Shown here in pieces: positions 41,153 through 51,335 of a DNA stretch of 64,000 nucleotides. Location of the stretch: contig JBKBLD010000013.1 of NCBI GenBank assembly GCA_046296675.1, forward strand, positions 1,316 through 65,315, read 5' to 3'. The notes under the pieces were generated by a model, which saw only the letters and a list, made by a program, of their open reading frames with translations, did not search any database and was not told the origin of the DNA. The translations under genes and the position numbers were made by a program. Each line of letters begins with the position of its first letter. Within the stretch, counting starts at the first letter, position 1. The DNA comes from Hyphomonas sp. Its GTDB lineage: Bacteria; Pseudomonadota; Alphaproteobacteria; Caulobacterales; Hyphomonadaceae.

Positions 41153-41776
41153 TCAGCTGTTCATCAGGCCAGAGGCCTTCAGCAGCTTGCCGGCGCGGAG
41201 GACGCGCTCGAGCTTGTGTTCGCTGGAACGGTCTCCGCGGTTCGAATCCGGGTGGAACCGGCGGACATATTCGGCATAGCGCGAGCGGATCTCGGCCGGC
41301 CTGGCGTCCGGCTCAAGGTCCAACTCCCTCAAGGCTCGCAATTGCAGCCCCGAACGGTGCGTGTGCATCCGCTCCTCGGCGGCCGGCGTATCGTCCACGT
41401 CGAAAAAACCGCGCCCGGCCCAGCGGCGCGGGTCAAACTGATCGGCCGCCTTGCGCCCACCCATTGGGCCGACACCCATTTTCCAGGTGCGCTTGTGGCC
41501 ATACTGTTCGGCGCGCAGGAAGGCAGCGGCCTCCGCTTCGCTCATGCCCTCAAAAAAATTGAAGCGGCGGTTATAGGCCCCGGCATGCGCCTCGCAGAAC
41601 CAGAGGCGTCCCTTCCCGCCCCTGCGCGGCGCAGGATGAGACCCCTCCAGGTCGCATCCCGGTTCCTCGCAGACGCGTGTACGCTTGGCGCGCGCGCGCG
41701 ACGTCTCGTCGGCGGGCGGCTTCACGCGTATATCCGTGAACTTGACGCGGTAGATGAACGAGTCGCCGTCTGACAT
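41153..41776 (-). CDS. J-domain protein with N-terminal Cys/His motif
   Basis: CEEPGC...WFCEAH..YN..FNFF; C-terminal J domain with FHPD. Confidence 0.88.
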   Translation of the reverse strand: MSDGDSFIYRVKFTDIRVKPPADETSRARAKRTRVCEEPGCDLEGSHPAPRRGGKGRLWFCEAHAGAYNRRFNFFEGMSEAEAAAFLRAEQYGHKRTWKMGVGPMGGRKAADQFDPRRWAGRGFFDVDDTPAAEERMHTHRSGLQLRALRELDLEPDARPAEIRSRYAEYVRRFHPDSNRGDRSSEHKLERVLRAGKLLKASGLMNS

Positions 41777-41807
41777 GGGGCAGCATAATAAGGAGCACCG
41801 GTTAAAC

Positions 41808-42080
41808 ATGCCACAACCAAACGACAGACAGACGCGCATAGAGGAAGCCCTGACCGCCGCGTTCGAGCCGGTCGCCCTCATCGTCCGGGATGACAGCCAC
41901 AAGCATGAAGGCCATGCCGGCGCTGCACCGGGCGGGGAGACGCATTATTCGGTCGAGATTGTCGCGGATGCCTTCGCGGGCCTGTCACGCGTCCAGGTGC
42001 AGCGCGCCGTCATGCTGGTGCTGCAGAAGGAGTTCGACACCGGGCTGCACGCGCTCGCGCTGAAAGCGGCCGCGCCCTGA
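41808..42080 (+). CDS. bolA: BolA-family protein
   Basis: DDSHKHEGHAG, GGETHY, F.GLSRV, GLHALAL. Confidence 0.93.
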   Translation: MPQPNDRQTRIEEALTAAFEPVALIVRDDSHKHEGHAGAAPGGETHYSVEIVADAFAGLSRVQVQRAVMLVLQKEFDTGLHALALKAAAP

Positions 42081-42089
42081 AGCCCGGCG

Positions 42090-43361
42090 TCAGGTGCTGT
42101 CGCCATCGGCCGCGAGAGACACGTTGACACCGGTCACCTGATTGCGCTGCCGGCGCAGCACATTGAACCGGTACCCATGGAAAACAAAGCTCTGGCCGGG
42201 CTCCGGGATGGTCTGGGCTTCATGGATGACGAGGCCCGCGACGGTCACGGCCTCCTCATCCGGCAGGGTCCAGCCGGTTGCGCGGTTGAGGTCGCGGATC
42301 GGCACCCAGCCATCAACATTCACCGAGCCATCGGCCTGCGGGCGCACGCCCTGCACCTGCACGTCATGCTCGTCATGGATTGCGCCAACAATCTCCTCGA
42401 GAATGTCCTCCAGCGTGATCAGACCCTGCAGTTCGCCATACTCGTCGATCACGAGCGCGAAATGCTGGCCCCGGGCCAGAAACTGGTCGAGTTGTTCCTG
42501 CACGGGTGTCGTCTCCGGGACGAACCAGGGTTTACGCAGGATCACATCCAGATCGAGCCCGGACAGGTCAGCGCCCAGCGGCAGCGCTGCGCGCAGGAGG
42601 TCCTTGGCATGCAGGATGCCGATGATCTCCTCTTTCTCTCCGCGATATAGCGGCAGCCGGGTATGCGGGCTTGCCAGCGCCTTCATCACCAGCTGGCGCT
42701 TGTCCATATCGGCATCCAGCATCTGGATGTTCTTTCGGTGGATCATCACATCTTCCACCGTCAACTCCTTCAGGTCGAGCGCGCCGACGAGGCGCAGCTT
42801 GTCCGCCATCCCCACCCCGCCCTCAGCCGCGTGCAGATCGATGGCGCCTCGGATTTCATCTTCGGCTGAAAGAGGACTGCCCGGCGCACCGACCCCGAAC
42901 AGGCGCAGCGCGCCATTGACGATCAACTGGACCAGCTTGATGATCCATGCTGCGGCCTTCACGACAAGGGATATCGGCCGGGCAACGACCAGTGCCACCG
43001 CATCAGGCCTGGTGATTGCATATGTCTTCGGCAGCACTTCGGCAAAAATCAGCACAAGGACCGTCATCACGCCGGTAGCCGCCGCCATGGCGAGGCCGCC
43101 CTGTCCAAACACTGCCGTGAACATCGCCGTCGCCAGAACCGAGGCGAGAATATTGACGATATTGTTGCCGAGCAGGATCGCACCAATGAAATTCTCGCGG
43201 TTCGACAACAGCCGGTTCACCGTCCGGGCCCGCCGGTCTCCGTCCTTCTCCAGCGCATGCATTCTCGCCCTGGAGGCCGCTGTCAGCGCCGTCTCCGAAC
43301 CGGAGAAAAAGGCCGATATCATCAGCAGAAAGACAATGGCGATGGCAAATCCGGCAATCAT
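42090..43361 (-). CDS. HlyC/CorC (DUF21-CBS-CorC) membrane protein
   Basis: SAFFSGSETALT, AEVLPKT, HTRLPLY, IDEYGELQGLITLEDILEEIVG. Confidence 0.92.
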   Translation of the reverse strand: MIAGFAIAIVFLLMISAFFSGSETALTAASRARMHALEKDGDRRARTVNRLLSNRENFIGAILLGNNIVNILASVLATAMFTAVFGQGGLAMAAATGVMTVLVLIFAEVLPKTYAITRPDAVALVVARPISLVVKAAAWIIKLVQLIVNGALRLFGVGAPGSPLSAEDEIRGAIDLHAAEGGVGMADKLRLVGALDLKELTVEDVMIHRKNIQMLDADMDKRQLVMKALASPHTRLPLYRGEKEEIIGILHAKDLLRAALPLGADLSGLDLDVILRKPWFVPETTPVQEQLDQFLARGQHFALVIDEYGELQGLITLEDILEEIVGAIHDEHDVQVQGVRPQADGSVNVDGWVPIRDLNRATGWTLPDEEAVTVAGLVIHEAQTIPEPGQSFVFHGYRFNVLRRQRNQVTGVNVSLAADGDST

Positions 43362-43380
43362 CTGGTCAGCCCCGGTTCAG

Positions 43381-44511
43381 TCAGGAAACGTCGTCGAATT
43401 CGCGGGCGAGGAAAGCCTCGACCGAGGAAAGGTCAGCGTCCGGATGGACATACGCCGCCCCGATACTGCGGGCGAGGATCAGCGGCACCCTTCCGCCGCG
43501 CGCCTTCTTGTCCTGATGCATCAGCGCGACAAGGCGCGGCGCGGCGAAGCGTTCGCGGTCAAACCCTTCGAGCGAGACCGGCAGGCCGGAGGCACCGAGC
43601 ACTGCTTTCACCCGGGCTGCATCGCCCGCAGGCGTGACGCCGCTGGCCGCGCCATAACGGAAGGCCAGGGCCATGCCGAGCGCAACCGCTTCGCCGTGCA
43701 ACAGGTCCGGGCGATACTCGTTCGCCGCCTCGAAGGCGTGGCCGAACGTATGGCCGAGATTGAGAAGCTGGCGCACACCGGTCTCGGTTTCGTCTTCCGC
43801 CACGATCGCCGCCTTTGCCGCGCAGGAACGGGCCACCGCATACCGCGCCGCCTCCGGCTCCAGCGCCAGCACCTTGCCGCCATGCCCGGCCAGCCAGTCA
43901 AAGAAAGGCGCATCATTGATGAGGCCATATTTGACGATCTCGGCATAGCCGGCCTTCAGCTCGCGCGACGGCAGCGTTGCAAGCAAAGCCGTATCGCAGA
44001 TCACGAGGCGCGGCTGGTAGAAGGCGCCGATCAGGTTCTTGCCGCGCGGGGTATTCACGGCTGTCTTTCCGCCAACGGAGGAATCGACCTGTGCCAGCAG
44101 CGTCGTCGGCACTTGCACGAACCCCATGCCGCGCTTCATCAGGCTGGCGGCGAGGCCGCCCATATCCCCGATCACACCGCCGCCGAATGCGATCAGCGTG
44201 TCGCCCCGGTCGGCCCCGGCCGCCAGAAGCCAGTCGAGCACGCTTTCAAGCTGGGAGAAGGATTTCGTCTGCTCGCCCGGCGGCACGGCGAGCCAGTCAA
44301 GCTGGATGCCCGCAGCTGTGACGGCGCCCTCAAGCGCGGCCCGGTGATAGCCCATCACCGTTTCATCCGTCAGCACGAAAGCACGCGGGCGTTTCAGCAT
44401 CGGGCCAAGGCGCGCGCCCAGGGCGGCGAGCGCTCCGTGCCCGACGAGAATGTCATAAGCGCGCGCGCCGAGTTCGACGCGGACCGTTTCCGGCGATGTG
44501 GCAGGGTTCAT
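43381..44511 (-). CDS. aroB: 3-dehydroquinate synthase
   Basis: [40 protein letters not shown]. Confidence 0.98.
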   Translation of the reverse strand: MNPATSPETVRVELGARAYDILVGHGALAALGARLGPMLKRPRAFVLTDETVMGYHRAALEGAVTAAGIQLDWLAVPPGEQTKSFSQLESVLDWLLAAGADRGDTLIAFGGGVIGDMGGLAASLMKRGMGFVQVPTTLLAQVDSSVGGKTAVNTPRGKNLIGAFYQPRLVICDTALLATLPSRELKAGYAEIVKYGLINDAPFFDWLAGHGGKVLALEPEAARYAVARSCAAKAAIVAEDETETGVRQLLNLGHTFGHAFEAANEYRPDLLHGEAVALGMALAFRYGAASGVTPAGDAARVKAVLGASGLPVSLEGFDRERFAAPRLVALMHQDKKARGGRVPLILARSIGAAYVHPDADLSSVEAFLAREFDDVS

Positions 44512-45068
44512 TTGGGAGTCCAGGTCTGAAGGGCTTTCAGGATGGCGTTGACCGTATGGGTATGCGGGCCATCCCTGGAATGGACGACAAGGTCGGCCTG
44601 TGAATAGGACGGCTCGCGCACGGCCAGCAGATGGGCCAGATGGTCGCGCGCATCCGTGCGCTGCAGCAGCGGCCGGGTCTCGCGTTTCGACACGCGCCGC
44701 CAGAGCGTCTCAAGGTCAGCATTCAGCCAGACCGTGATCGCCTTCTCACGCAGAAGGGCGCGCGTGTCCGGATCGAGATAGGCCCCGCCTCCGGTCGCCA
44801 GCACATGCGGCGGCAGATCGAGCAGGCGTTTGATCACCTGTTTCTCGCCGCGCCGGAAATCGGCCTCGCCATGCAGGGTGAAGATGTCGGAGACCGACAA
44901 GCCGGCCGCCTTCTCGATCTCGGCATCGCTGTCATGGAAATCCCGGCCCAGACGCTCGGCAAGACGCCGCCCGACGGTGGACTTTCCGGCGCCCATGAGC
45001 CCGACAAGAGCGATCGTGCGGCCCGCATAGGGCGGCAATGGACTCGAAGGGTCGGGGTCTGAAGGCAT
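44508..45068 (-). CDS. aroK: Shikimate kinase
   Basis: [21 protein letters not shown]. Confidence 0.97.
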   Translation of the reverse strand: MPSDPDPSSPLPPYAGRTIALVGLMGAGKSTVGRRLAERLGRDFHDSDAEIEKAAGLSVSDIFTLHGEADFRRGEKQVIKRLLDLPPHVLATGGGAYLDPDTRALLREKAITVWLNADLETLWRRVSKRETRPLLQRTDARDHLAHLLAVREPSYSQADLVVHSRDGPHTHTVNAILKALQTWTPK

Positions 45069-45174
45069 ATCCTGATATTACCCGGCGTTGCGCTGTTGTC
45101 CTAGTGGTGCCACATAGGCGGCGCAATCGGCAGGCAGATTCGCCCTGCCACACTTGAGTTGCGGGGCCGGTTTC

Positions 45175-45312
45175 ATGCGCAAATACCTGATCCTTTTCAT
45201 CATTATCGCTGTTCTGGTTCTAGGTGGCATGTGGTGGCTGGGCCAGCGTGCCGTCAAGAACGCACCGCCCGAAGGAGAAATCCGCATACCTGTCGAAGGC
45301 GTGCTCGGATAG
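45175..45312 (+). CDS. 45-aa single-TM small protein upstream of xerD
   Basis: Manual translation MRKYLILFIIIAVLVLGGMWWLGQRAVKNAPPEGEIRIPVEGVLG*; below the ORF-track cutoff. Confidence 0.65.
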   Translation: MRKYLILFIIIAVLVLGGMWWLGQRAVKNAPPEGEIRIPVEGVLG

Positions 45313-45354
45313 GCCTCAACGCCCCCTTAACCGCACCGGCCTAGCCTCCTGCGG

Positions 45355-46281
45355 ATGGATGACCGTTCGCGCATCGGCGCTTTCCTCGAAATGATGTCGG
45401 CCGAACGGGGCGCCAGCCCCAACACGCTTGATGCCTATGGCCGCGACCTTCTGGACGCGTCGGAATACTGCCGGGGCCGGCTGGCAGGTGCCTCCGCCCG
45501 GGATCTTTCCGGCTGGCTGGCCGATCTTGCCGCGCGCGGCATGGCGCCGTCGACCCAGGCACGCAAACTGTCGGCAATACGGCGTTTCTTCCGTTTCCTG
45601 TTTCAGGAAGGCGACCGCAAGGACGATCCGACCGCCCGCCTCGATGGCCCCTCCCCCGAACGGGACGTGCCAGATGTTCTGTCGCGCGAGGAAGTCGGCC
45701 GCCTGATTGAGGCGTGCGGAACAGACGTCCGCCTTCGCTGCCTTGTCGAACTTCTCTATGGCGCCGGACTTCGCGCCTCCGAACTCGTCACCCTGCGCGT
45801 TGGCAACCTGCCCCGCCGCAAGGCCGGCAGATGGGTCAGCGCCGAGATCATCATCCGCGGCAAGGGCGGAAAGGACCGGCTCTGCCCTCTCGGCCGGGCC
45901 GCGCTGTCGGCGCTGGGCGACTGGCTGGACCTGCGCGAATCCAGCCTTCCGCAGACACCGATGGCGCGCGGGCGCGCGGAAGGCTTCGTCTTTCCCTCGC
46001 GCGGCAAGCAAGGCCATCTGACCCGCCGCCGCCTGGGCCAGATGCTGGAAGACCTTGCCGGCAGGGCGGGCATCCGGTCGGACCGGGTCTACCCCCATGC
46101 CCTGCGCCACGCCTATGCGACGCATCTGTTGCAGGGCGGCGCCGACCTGCGTGTGGTACAGACCCTTCTCGGCCATGCCGATATCGCCACAACGCAGATC
46201 TATACTCATGTCCTGACCGACGAACTCGCCGAACTTCTCGAAACGGCCCATCCGCTCGCCACGCGCGCCGGGAAGCGCTGA
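45355..46281 (+). CDS. xerD: Tyrosine recombinase XerD
   Basis: ERGASPNTLDAY, LYGAGLRASEL, GKGGKDR, HALRHAYATHLL, LGHADIATTQIYTHV; aroK-xerD context. Confidence 0.92.
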   Translation: MDDRSRIGAFLEMMSAERGASPNTLDAYGRDLLDASEYCRGRLAGASARDLSGWLADLAARGMAPSTQARKLSAIRRFFRFLFQEGDRKDDPTARLDGPSPERDVPDVLSREEVGRLIEACGTDVRLRCLVELLYGAGLRASELVTLRVGNLPRRKAGRWVSAEIIIRGKGGKDRLCPLGRAALSALGDWLDLRESSLPQTPMARGRAEGFVFPSRGKQGHLTRRRLGQMLEDLAGRAGIRSDRVYPHALRHAYATHLLQGGADLRVVQTLLGHADIATTQIYTHVLTDELAELLETAHPLATRAGKR

Positions 46282-46376
46282 ATACAGATTGCAATTGCCC
46301 TCTTGCGAGCCTGCCCGCGCCGACCGATATCTTGCCTCGCAGCCAGATCCGCGCTGCCAGCTAATCGGGGTTTCCC

Positions 46377-46610
46377 ATGGGCCGCCTGCTTCGCGCGCTG
46401 CTCGCCACCTTCCTCCTCACCGAAATCGCCGCCGTTTTCCTTGGAACGTCCGTATGGGCAATCCTTGCGGAACTGCATGCCAGCCTGCCCTTCGTGATCG
46501 GCGCAGAGGTGGTTGCGGGCATCGTTGTCATCGCGCTTGCCATCTTCATCTTCCGCCGGGCGCTGACAGCCGAGCAGCGGATCGAGGCCGGAATTTCTTC
46601 GGAAAGCTGA
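46377..46610 (+). CDS. Small two-TM hypothetical protein
   Basis: Two hydrophobic helices and host-like codon usage. Confidence 0.6.
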   Translation: MGRLLRALLATFLLTEIAAVFLGTSVWAILAELHASLPFVIGAEVVAGIVVIALAIFIFRRALTAEQRIEAGISSES

Positions 46611-46630
46611 AGGCCGGGGAAATCTGCGGC

Positions 46631-46804
46631 TCAGGCGGCCGTCGCCGATCCTCTTGTGTTGACCCAGAAGGCGTGCACCACGCCCGGGAGCCAGCCGATC
46701 AGCGTCAGCAGGATATTCAGCAGCAGCTGCAGGCCGAATCCTTCCTTTATCGCCACAGCGACCGGCGGAAGGAAAATCGTGAGCAGGATCATGACCAGTG
46801 ACAT
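46631..46804 (-). CDS. YqaE/Pmp3-family membrane protein
   Basis: IFLPPVAV...LNILLTLIGWLPGVVHAFW. Confidence 0.92.
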   Translation of the reverse strand: MSLVMILLTIFLPPVAVAIKEGFGLQLLLNILLTLIGWLPGVVHAFWVNTRGSATAA

Positions 46805-46935
46805 GGCGGGAGCTCCCATTTGTGTCTTTACCCGGCACCAACGCGCGGGTGTGCGGCATGTTCCCCGCCAGCGCCTCCTGATTTGACGCGGTGCAGCACG
46901 CGGCCTAATCCTCTCGACGCAACCGGGAGGGCCAG

Positions 46936-47991
46936 ATGAGCCAGAAAACGCCGCGCAGTTTCTTCAAACCCCTCGCCATCGGCGCGCCGGAGCCCTATCG
47001 CGACCTGCCCGTGCGGCTGGAGCGGATGATCCATTTCGTGCCGCCGCATCTGGACAAGGTGCGCGCCAAGGTGCCGGAAATGGCCCCGACCGTGGACGTG
47101 ATGCTGGCAAATCTGGAAGATGCCATTCCTGCTGACGCCAAGGACGCTGCCCGCGCCGGCGCCATTGAGATGGCCGGGATGGTTGACTGGCAGGCCTCCG
47201 GCACCGGCTTCTGGAGCCGGGTCAACTGCCTCAACTCGCCCTGGTTCCTGGATGATGTGACCGAGCTTGTCCTGAAAGCGGGCCACCAGCTCGACGTCAT
47301 CATGCTGCCCAAGGTCGAGGGGCCGTGGGATATCCACTATGCCGACCAGTTCGTCGCCCAGCTGGAGGCGAAGGCGGGCCTGAAACGCCCCATCCTCTTC
47401 CATGCCATCCTCGAAACGGCCGAAGGCGTTGCCCGTGTCGAGGAAATCGCCCTCGCCTCCCCCCGCATGCAGGGCATCTCGCTCGGTCCGGCAGACCTTG
47501 CCGCCAGCCGCAAGATGAAGACCACGCGCGTCGGCGGCGGCCACCCCTTCTACCGGGTGATAGAAGACCCGAAAGCCGATGGCAGCGCCCGGATGAGCGC
47601 CCAGCAGGACCCGTGGCACTATACCATCGCCCGCCTGGTCGACGCCTGCCGCATGGCGGGTATCAACGCCTTCTACGGCCCCTTCGGCGACATTGCCGAC
47701 CTCGACGCCTGCGAGCAGCAGTTCCGCAATGCCTTTCTGCTCGGCTGCGCCGGCACCTGGAGCCTGCATCCGAACCAGATCGCCATCGCCAAGCGCGTCT
47801 TCTCGCCGGACCCGGACGAGGTGAAATTCGCCCGGAAAATCCTTGCCGCCATGCCGGACGGCACCGGCGTCGCGATGATCGACGGCAAGATGCAGGACGA
47901 CGCCACCTGGAAACAGGCGAAGGTGATTTCAGACCTTGCCGACCTTGTAGCTGCAAAAGACCCTGACCTTGCGGCGGCCTATGCGGGCTGA
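46936..47991 (+). CDS. mcl: Malyl-CoA/beta-methylmalyl-CoA lyase (CitE-like CoA ester lyase)
   Basis: [41 protein letters not shown]; recalled strong similarity to Chloroflexus Mcl. Confidence 0.85.
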   Translation: MSQKTPRSFFKPLAIGAPEPYRDLPVRLERMIHFVPPHLDKVRAKVPEMAPTVDVMLANLEDAIPADAKDAARAGAIEMAGMVDWQASGTGFWSRVNCLNSPWFLDDVTELVLKAGHQLDVIMLPKVEGPWDIHYADQFVAQLEAKAGLKRPILFHAILETAEGVARVEEIALASPRMQGISLGPADLAASRKMKTTRVGGGHPFYRVIEDPKADGSARMSAQQDPWHYTIARLVDACRMAGINAFYGPFGDIADLDACEQQFRNAFLLGCAGTWSLHPNQIAIAKRVFSPDPDEVKFARKILAAMPDGTGVAMIDGKMQDDATWKQAKVISDLADLVAAKDPDLAAAYAG

Positions 47992-48079
47992 TTTGGCCCT
48001 CGCCAAACTTTGCGGACGGGAATAGCCTGACCCTGACAAGAGGCGCTCCGGAACGGTCAGGGGCGTACAGGAGCAGGCC

Positions 48080-48508
48080 ATGCGGAAGACAATTGCGGGA
48101 CTTATCGGGACACTTCTGGTCATTTCCGGTCACGCCGGGGCCGATGAGGTCTGGACGACGCCCGTGGGCGAAGTCGTCTATGAGGCCGACCTGCCAACCG
48201 GCGAGGCGGTGCTTTCCTTTCCCGGCGAAACCGGCCAGCGCCTGCTCGGCATCTTCCCCGGCCTTGCCGGCACGACCACCGACCGCGGCTATTTCTCCGG
48301 CGTCTGGATCGATCCCGATGCGGGCGAGGCCGGCCCCTGCCCCGCCGCGATGGCAGACCCTGTGAATGGCGGAACAACCCATGCCTGGGGCCGGATGGAC
48401 ATCATCTTCACCAGGCCGGACTTCCCTGGCGGTTTCGTCGTCATGAAGGGCATCTGTTTCGACCAGGTCACCGACTATCTGATCGGCGAGCCGGTGGTGG
48501 GGGATTAA
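48080..48508 (+). CDS. Secreted hypothetical protein
   Basis: Signal peptide ending AGA-DEVW; two Cys; SD GGAG. Confidence 0.7.
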   Translation: MRKTIAGLIGTLLVISGHAGADEVWTTPVGEVVYEADLPTGEAVLSFPGETGQRLLGIFPGLAGTTTDRGYFSGVWIDPDAGEAGPCPAAMADPVNGGTTHAWGRMDIIFTRPDFPGGFVVMKGICFDQVTDYLIGEPVVGD

Positions 48509-48512
48509 ACCG

Positions 48513-48947
48513 ATGAGCGGCGCGTCTCACACTATCCCGCTGACCGGCTGGTCTCCGAACGTCCAGGCATGGTTCGACTGGATGCGGGCCGACCATTCCG
48601 CAGACGGCCTTTCGGCGATCCTCGATGACAATGTGGTCTTCCGCTCCCCGGTTGTCCACACGCCGCAGGAGGGCAAGGCGATCACCATGGCCTATCTGCT
48701 CGCCGCCGGCGAGACGCTTGGCAATGACAGCTTTCGCTACACCCGCATCTTCGATTGCGGCGACAAGGCCGTACTGGAATTCGAGACAGAGATGGACGGC
48801 ATCCTCGTCAACGGCATCGACATGATCGAATGGAACCGGGAAGGTCAGATCACGGACTTCAAGGTGATGGTGCGGCCCTTGAAGGCGGTCCAGACGGTGC
48901 ATGCCGCCATGGGTGCGATGCTGGCCAGGATGAAGGCTGGCGCATGA
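48513..48947 (+). CDS. NTF2/SnoaL-like protein
   Basis: VVFRSPVVHTPQEG, VNGIDMIEW, FKVMVRPLK. Confidence 0.85.
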   Translation: MSGASHTIPLTGWSPNVQAWFDWMRADHSADGLSAILDDNVVFRSPVVHTPQEGKAITMAYLLAAGETLGNDSFRYTRIFDCGDKAVLEFETEMDGILVNGIDMIEWNREGQITDFKVMVRPLKAVQTVHAAMGAMLARMKAGA

Positions 48948-49462
48948 AAGCCCCGACACTTGAGACCGAGCGCCTGATCCTGCGCGGCGCGGAGCCCTGC
49001 GACATCGACTCGGCGGCCGCCATGTGGGGCACGGCGGATGTCACCCGCTTCATCGGCGGCAAGCCCCGCTCGCGCCAGGACGCCTGGTTCGCCCTGCTGC
49101 GCGGGGTCGGTCTCTGGGAAATGAAGGGCTTCGGCTATTGGGTGGTGACCGACCGGGCGACGGGCGCCTTCCTCGGAGAGGCCGGCTTTGCCGATTTCCA
49201 GCGCGGCCTGCCACCAGAGCTGATCTCGGGACCGGAAGCCGGCTGGGCCTTCGGGCCGCAGGCCTGGGGCAAGGGAATTGCCAGCGAAGCGGTGAGCGCG
49301 ATGCACAGCTGGCTGGACGCGCATCTCGGGTCCACAAGCTGTTGTGTGATCGAGCCGGGTAATACCGCCTCGCGGCGCGTCGCGGAGAAGTGCGGCTATA
49401 TGCATACCGGCGAAACCCTGCTCGCCGGCGCGGTGGTCAACACCTACCGGCGCGGCGCCTGA
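48944..49462 (+). CDS. GNAT (RimJ/RimL-type) acetyltransferase
   Basis: LETERLILR, WGKGIASEA, NTASRRVAEKCG; ATGA overlap with the upstream gene. Confidence 0.9.
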   Translation: MKAPTLETERLILRGAEPCDIDSAAAMWGTADVTRFIGGKPRSRQDAWFALLRGVGLWEMKGFGYWVVTDRATGAFLGEAGFADFQRGLPPELISGPEAGWAFGPQAWGKGIASEAVSAMHSWLDAHLGSTSCCVIEPGNTASRRVAEKCGYMHTGETLLAGAVVNTYRRGA

Positions 49463-51216
49463 TAAACGCCGGGACTGCCGGTCTCGTCATTCGCGCCCAG
49501 CGGCTTCCATGCCCGGAGAAGTTCAATGAAGGCCTGATCCGGCAGGCCGGGGCTGTAGAGGAAGCCCTGCGCCATGGTGCAGCCGCGCCGGCGCAGGAAA
49601 TCGGCCTGCTTGGTCGTCTCCACGCCCTCGGCAACCGTCTGCAGCCCGAGCGTCTCGGCCATCGCGAGGATCATCTCGACGATCGCCGGCGCCTGCCGGT
49701 CGGTCTCCAGCGCGGAGACAAATTGCCGGTCGATCTTGAACACATCAAACGGCAGCTGTGTCAGCGTGGCGAGGTTCGAGTGGCCGGTGCCGAAATCGTC
49801 GATGGCGAGTTTGGTGCCCATGGCCCGTAGCGGCGAAATGAACTCGGCGACCCGGGCGGGATCAGAGACCGCCATGCTTTCGGTGATCTCGAGCTCGAGC
49901 CGGCGGGGATGCAGGCCGGAATTCTTCAGCGCGCTCATCACCGTCTCAGTCAGGTCGTTCCTCTGGAACTGGCTGGGCGAGACATTGACCGCAACGGTCA
50001 CATCATGGCCTTCCAGCTCCCATGCGCGCGCCGCCTCGCAGGCTGCTTCGAGAATCTGCCGGCCAATCTCCTCGATCAGGCCTGCTTCCTCGGCCACCGG
50101 GATGAAGGCTGCCGGCGAGATCAGCTTGCCATTCGAGCGGCGCCAGCGCGCCAGCGCTTCAGCCCCGACGATGCGACCAGTGGCGAAGTCGATCTTCGGC
50201 TGGAAAACCGCTTTGAATTCCCGGTTCTCGACCGCGTCGCGAAGCTCGGCCTCGAACCGGTAACGCCCCTGCACGATCCGGGTCAGGCGCGGGGTGAAGA
50301 AACGGAAGCCGGACTGGGACTCATTGCGCACCAGCCGAAGCGCCAGTTTCGCATGCTGCATCAGCTTCTGCGGAGAGTCGGCATCTTCCGGCGCCATGAC
50401 GATACCGCCGGAAAGCGACATGGTCACATTGCGGCCGAGGATCGTGAAGGGCTCGGCGAAAGCGTTGCGGATGGCGCGGGCGACGGCGATGACATGCTCC
50501 CGGCTGCCGGCATCAGGCATGTAAAGCGTGAACTGGTCGGCCGTCAGCGCCGCCAGCATCGAGCCGCGCAGCGCCGAGGCGGACGGGTCCGGCACATCGG
50601 TCAGCGCTCTGGCGATCCGCTGGGCGGCGGCATGGATCATCAGTTCGCCATGCGATGCGCCAACCTGCTCGACCAGATGCGCAAACCGGTCGATGTCGAG
50701 CAGCATGAAAGCAGCCGGGCGCTCGAAGCTCGCATTGAGCAGCGTCTCGGCGATCTTCTTCTCGCAGGCGATGGCATTCGGCAGGCCGGTGCGGCTGTCG
50801 CGATAGGCGATCTTGCGAAGATAGTCGTTCTCGCGGCGCAGTTTGCGTACGGTACGGGTCGTGGCAACCCGCAAGCGGCGCAGCTCCGGGAATTGCAGGG
50901 ATTGCAGGTCTGCCTCGGCATCGCCGCGCGTGGTCATCATGTAATCGGTGAAGCGCATGACGACATCCTGGAGGGGGCGCGCCAGAAGATAACAGAAGGT
51001 GGAGGCAATCAGGACCGTGCCAGCCAGCATGCCGACGATAACCAGGATCGGCACTGAAAATCGCGGCGCAGTGCCTTCGCTTGCCGAGCGAATGATGACT
51101 TCCAACGCAACAATCGCGGAGAACAGGAAGATCGACAGCAGGCCGCCCGCGATCCCCGCAAATGCCGGGATCGACAGGCTGCCAACTAACCGGCCGATGA
51201 GCGTATTCTGCTTCAC
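49444..51216 (-). CDS. Membrane-anchored degenerate-GGDEF/EAL c-di-GMP phosphodiesterase
   Basis: Two TMs; RTGLPN; GGDEF replaced by TADQF; intact EAL, DDFGTG, KIDR and EGVET. GTG start is approximate. Confidence 0.88.
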   Translation of the reverse strand: MKQNTLIGRLVGSLSIPAFAGIAGGLLSIFLFSAIVALEVIIRSASEGTAPRFSVPILVIVGMLAGTVLIASTFCYLLARPLQDVVMRFTDYMMTTRGDAEADLQSLQFPELRRLRVATTRTVRKLRRENDYLRKIAYRDSRTGLPNAIACEKKIAETLLNASFERPAAFMLLDIDRFAHLVEQVGASHGELMIHAAAQRIARALTDVPDPSASALRGSMLAALTADQFTLYMPDAGSREHVIAVARAIRNAFAEPFTILGRNVTMSLSGGIVMAPEDADSPQKLMQHAKLALRLVRNESQSGFRFFTPRLTRIVQGRYRFEAELRDAVENREFKAVFQPKIDFATGRIVGAEALARWRRSNGKLISPAAFIPVAEEAGLIEEIGRQILEAACEAARAWELEGHDVTVAVNVSPSQFQRNDLTETVMSALKNSGLHPRRLELEITESMAVSDPARVAEFISPLRAMGTKLAIDDFGTGHSNLATLTQLPFDVFKIDRQFVSALETDRQAPAIVEMILAMAETLGLQTVAEGVETTKQADFLRRRGCTMAQGFLYSPGLPDQAFIELLRAWKPLGANDETGSPGVYQAPRR

Positions 51217-51335
51217 GTCTGTCCCGTTCGGGGCCCTGTCTAGGTAATTCCCGCAGAAACTGCCCGATATATGTTTAGGATTCCGTGAACAGAGTTGCGC
51301 TAGCTGTAGCGCCCTCAAGGGGTTATATGGCGCCG

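Noticed and set aside
45355-46281. Tyrosine recombinase as a prophage or island integrase
   Set aside because: XerD-type N-terminus, native GC, aroK context, and no att sites or phage genes.
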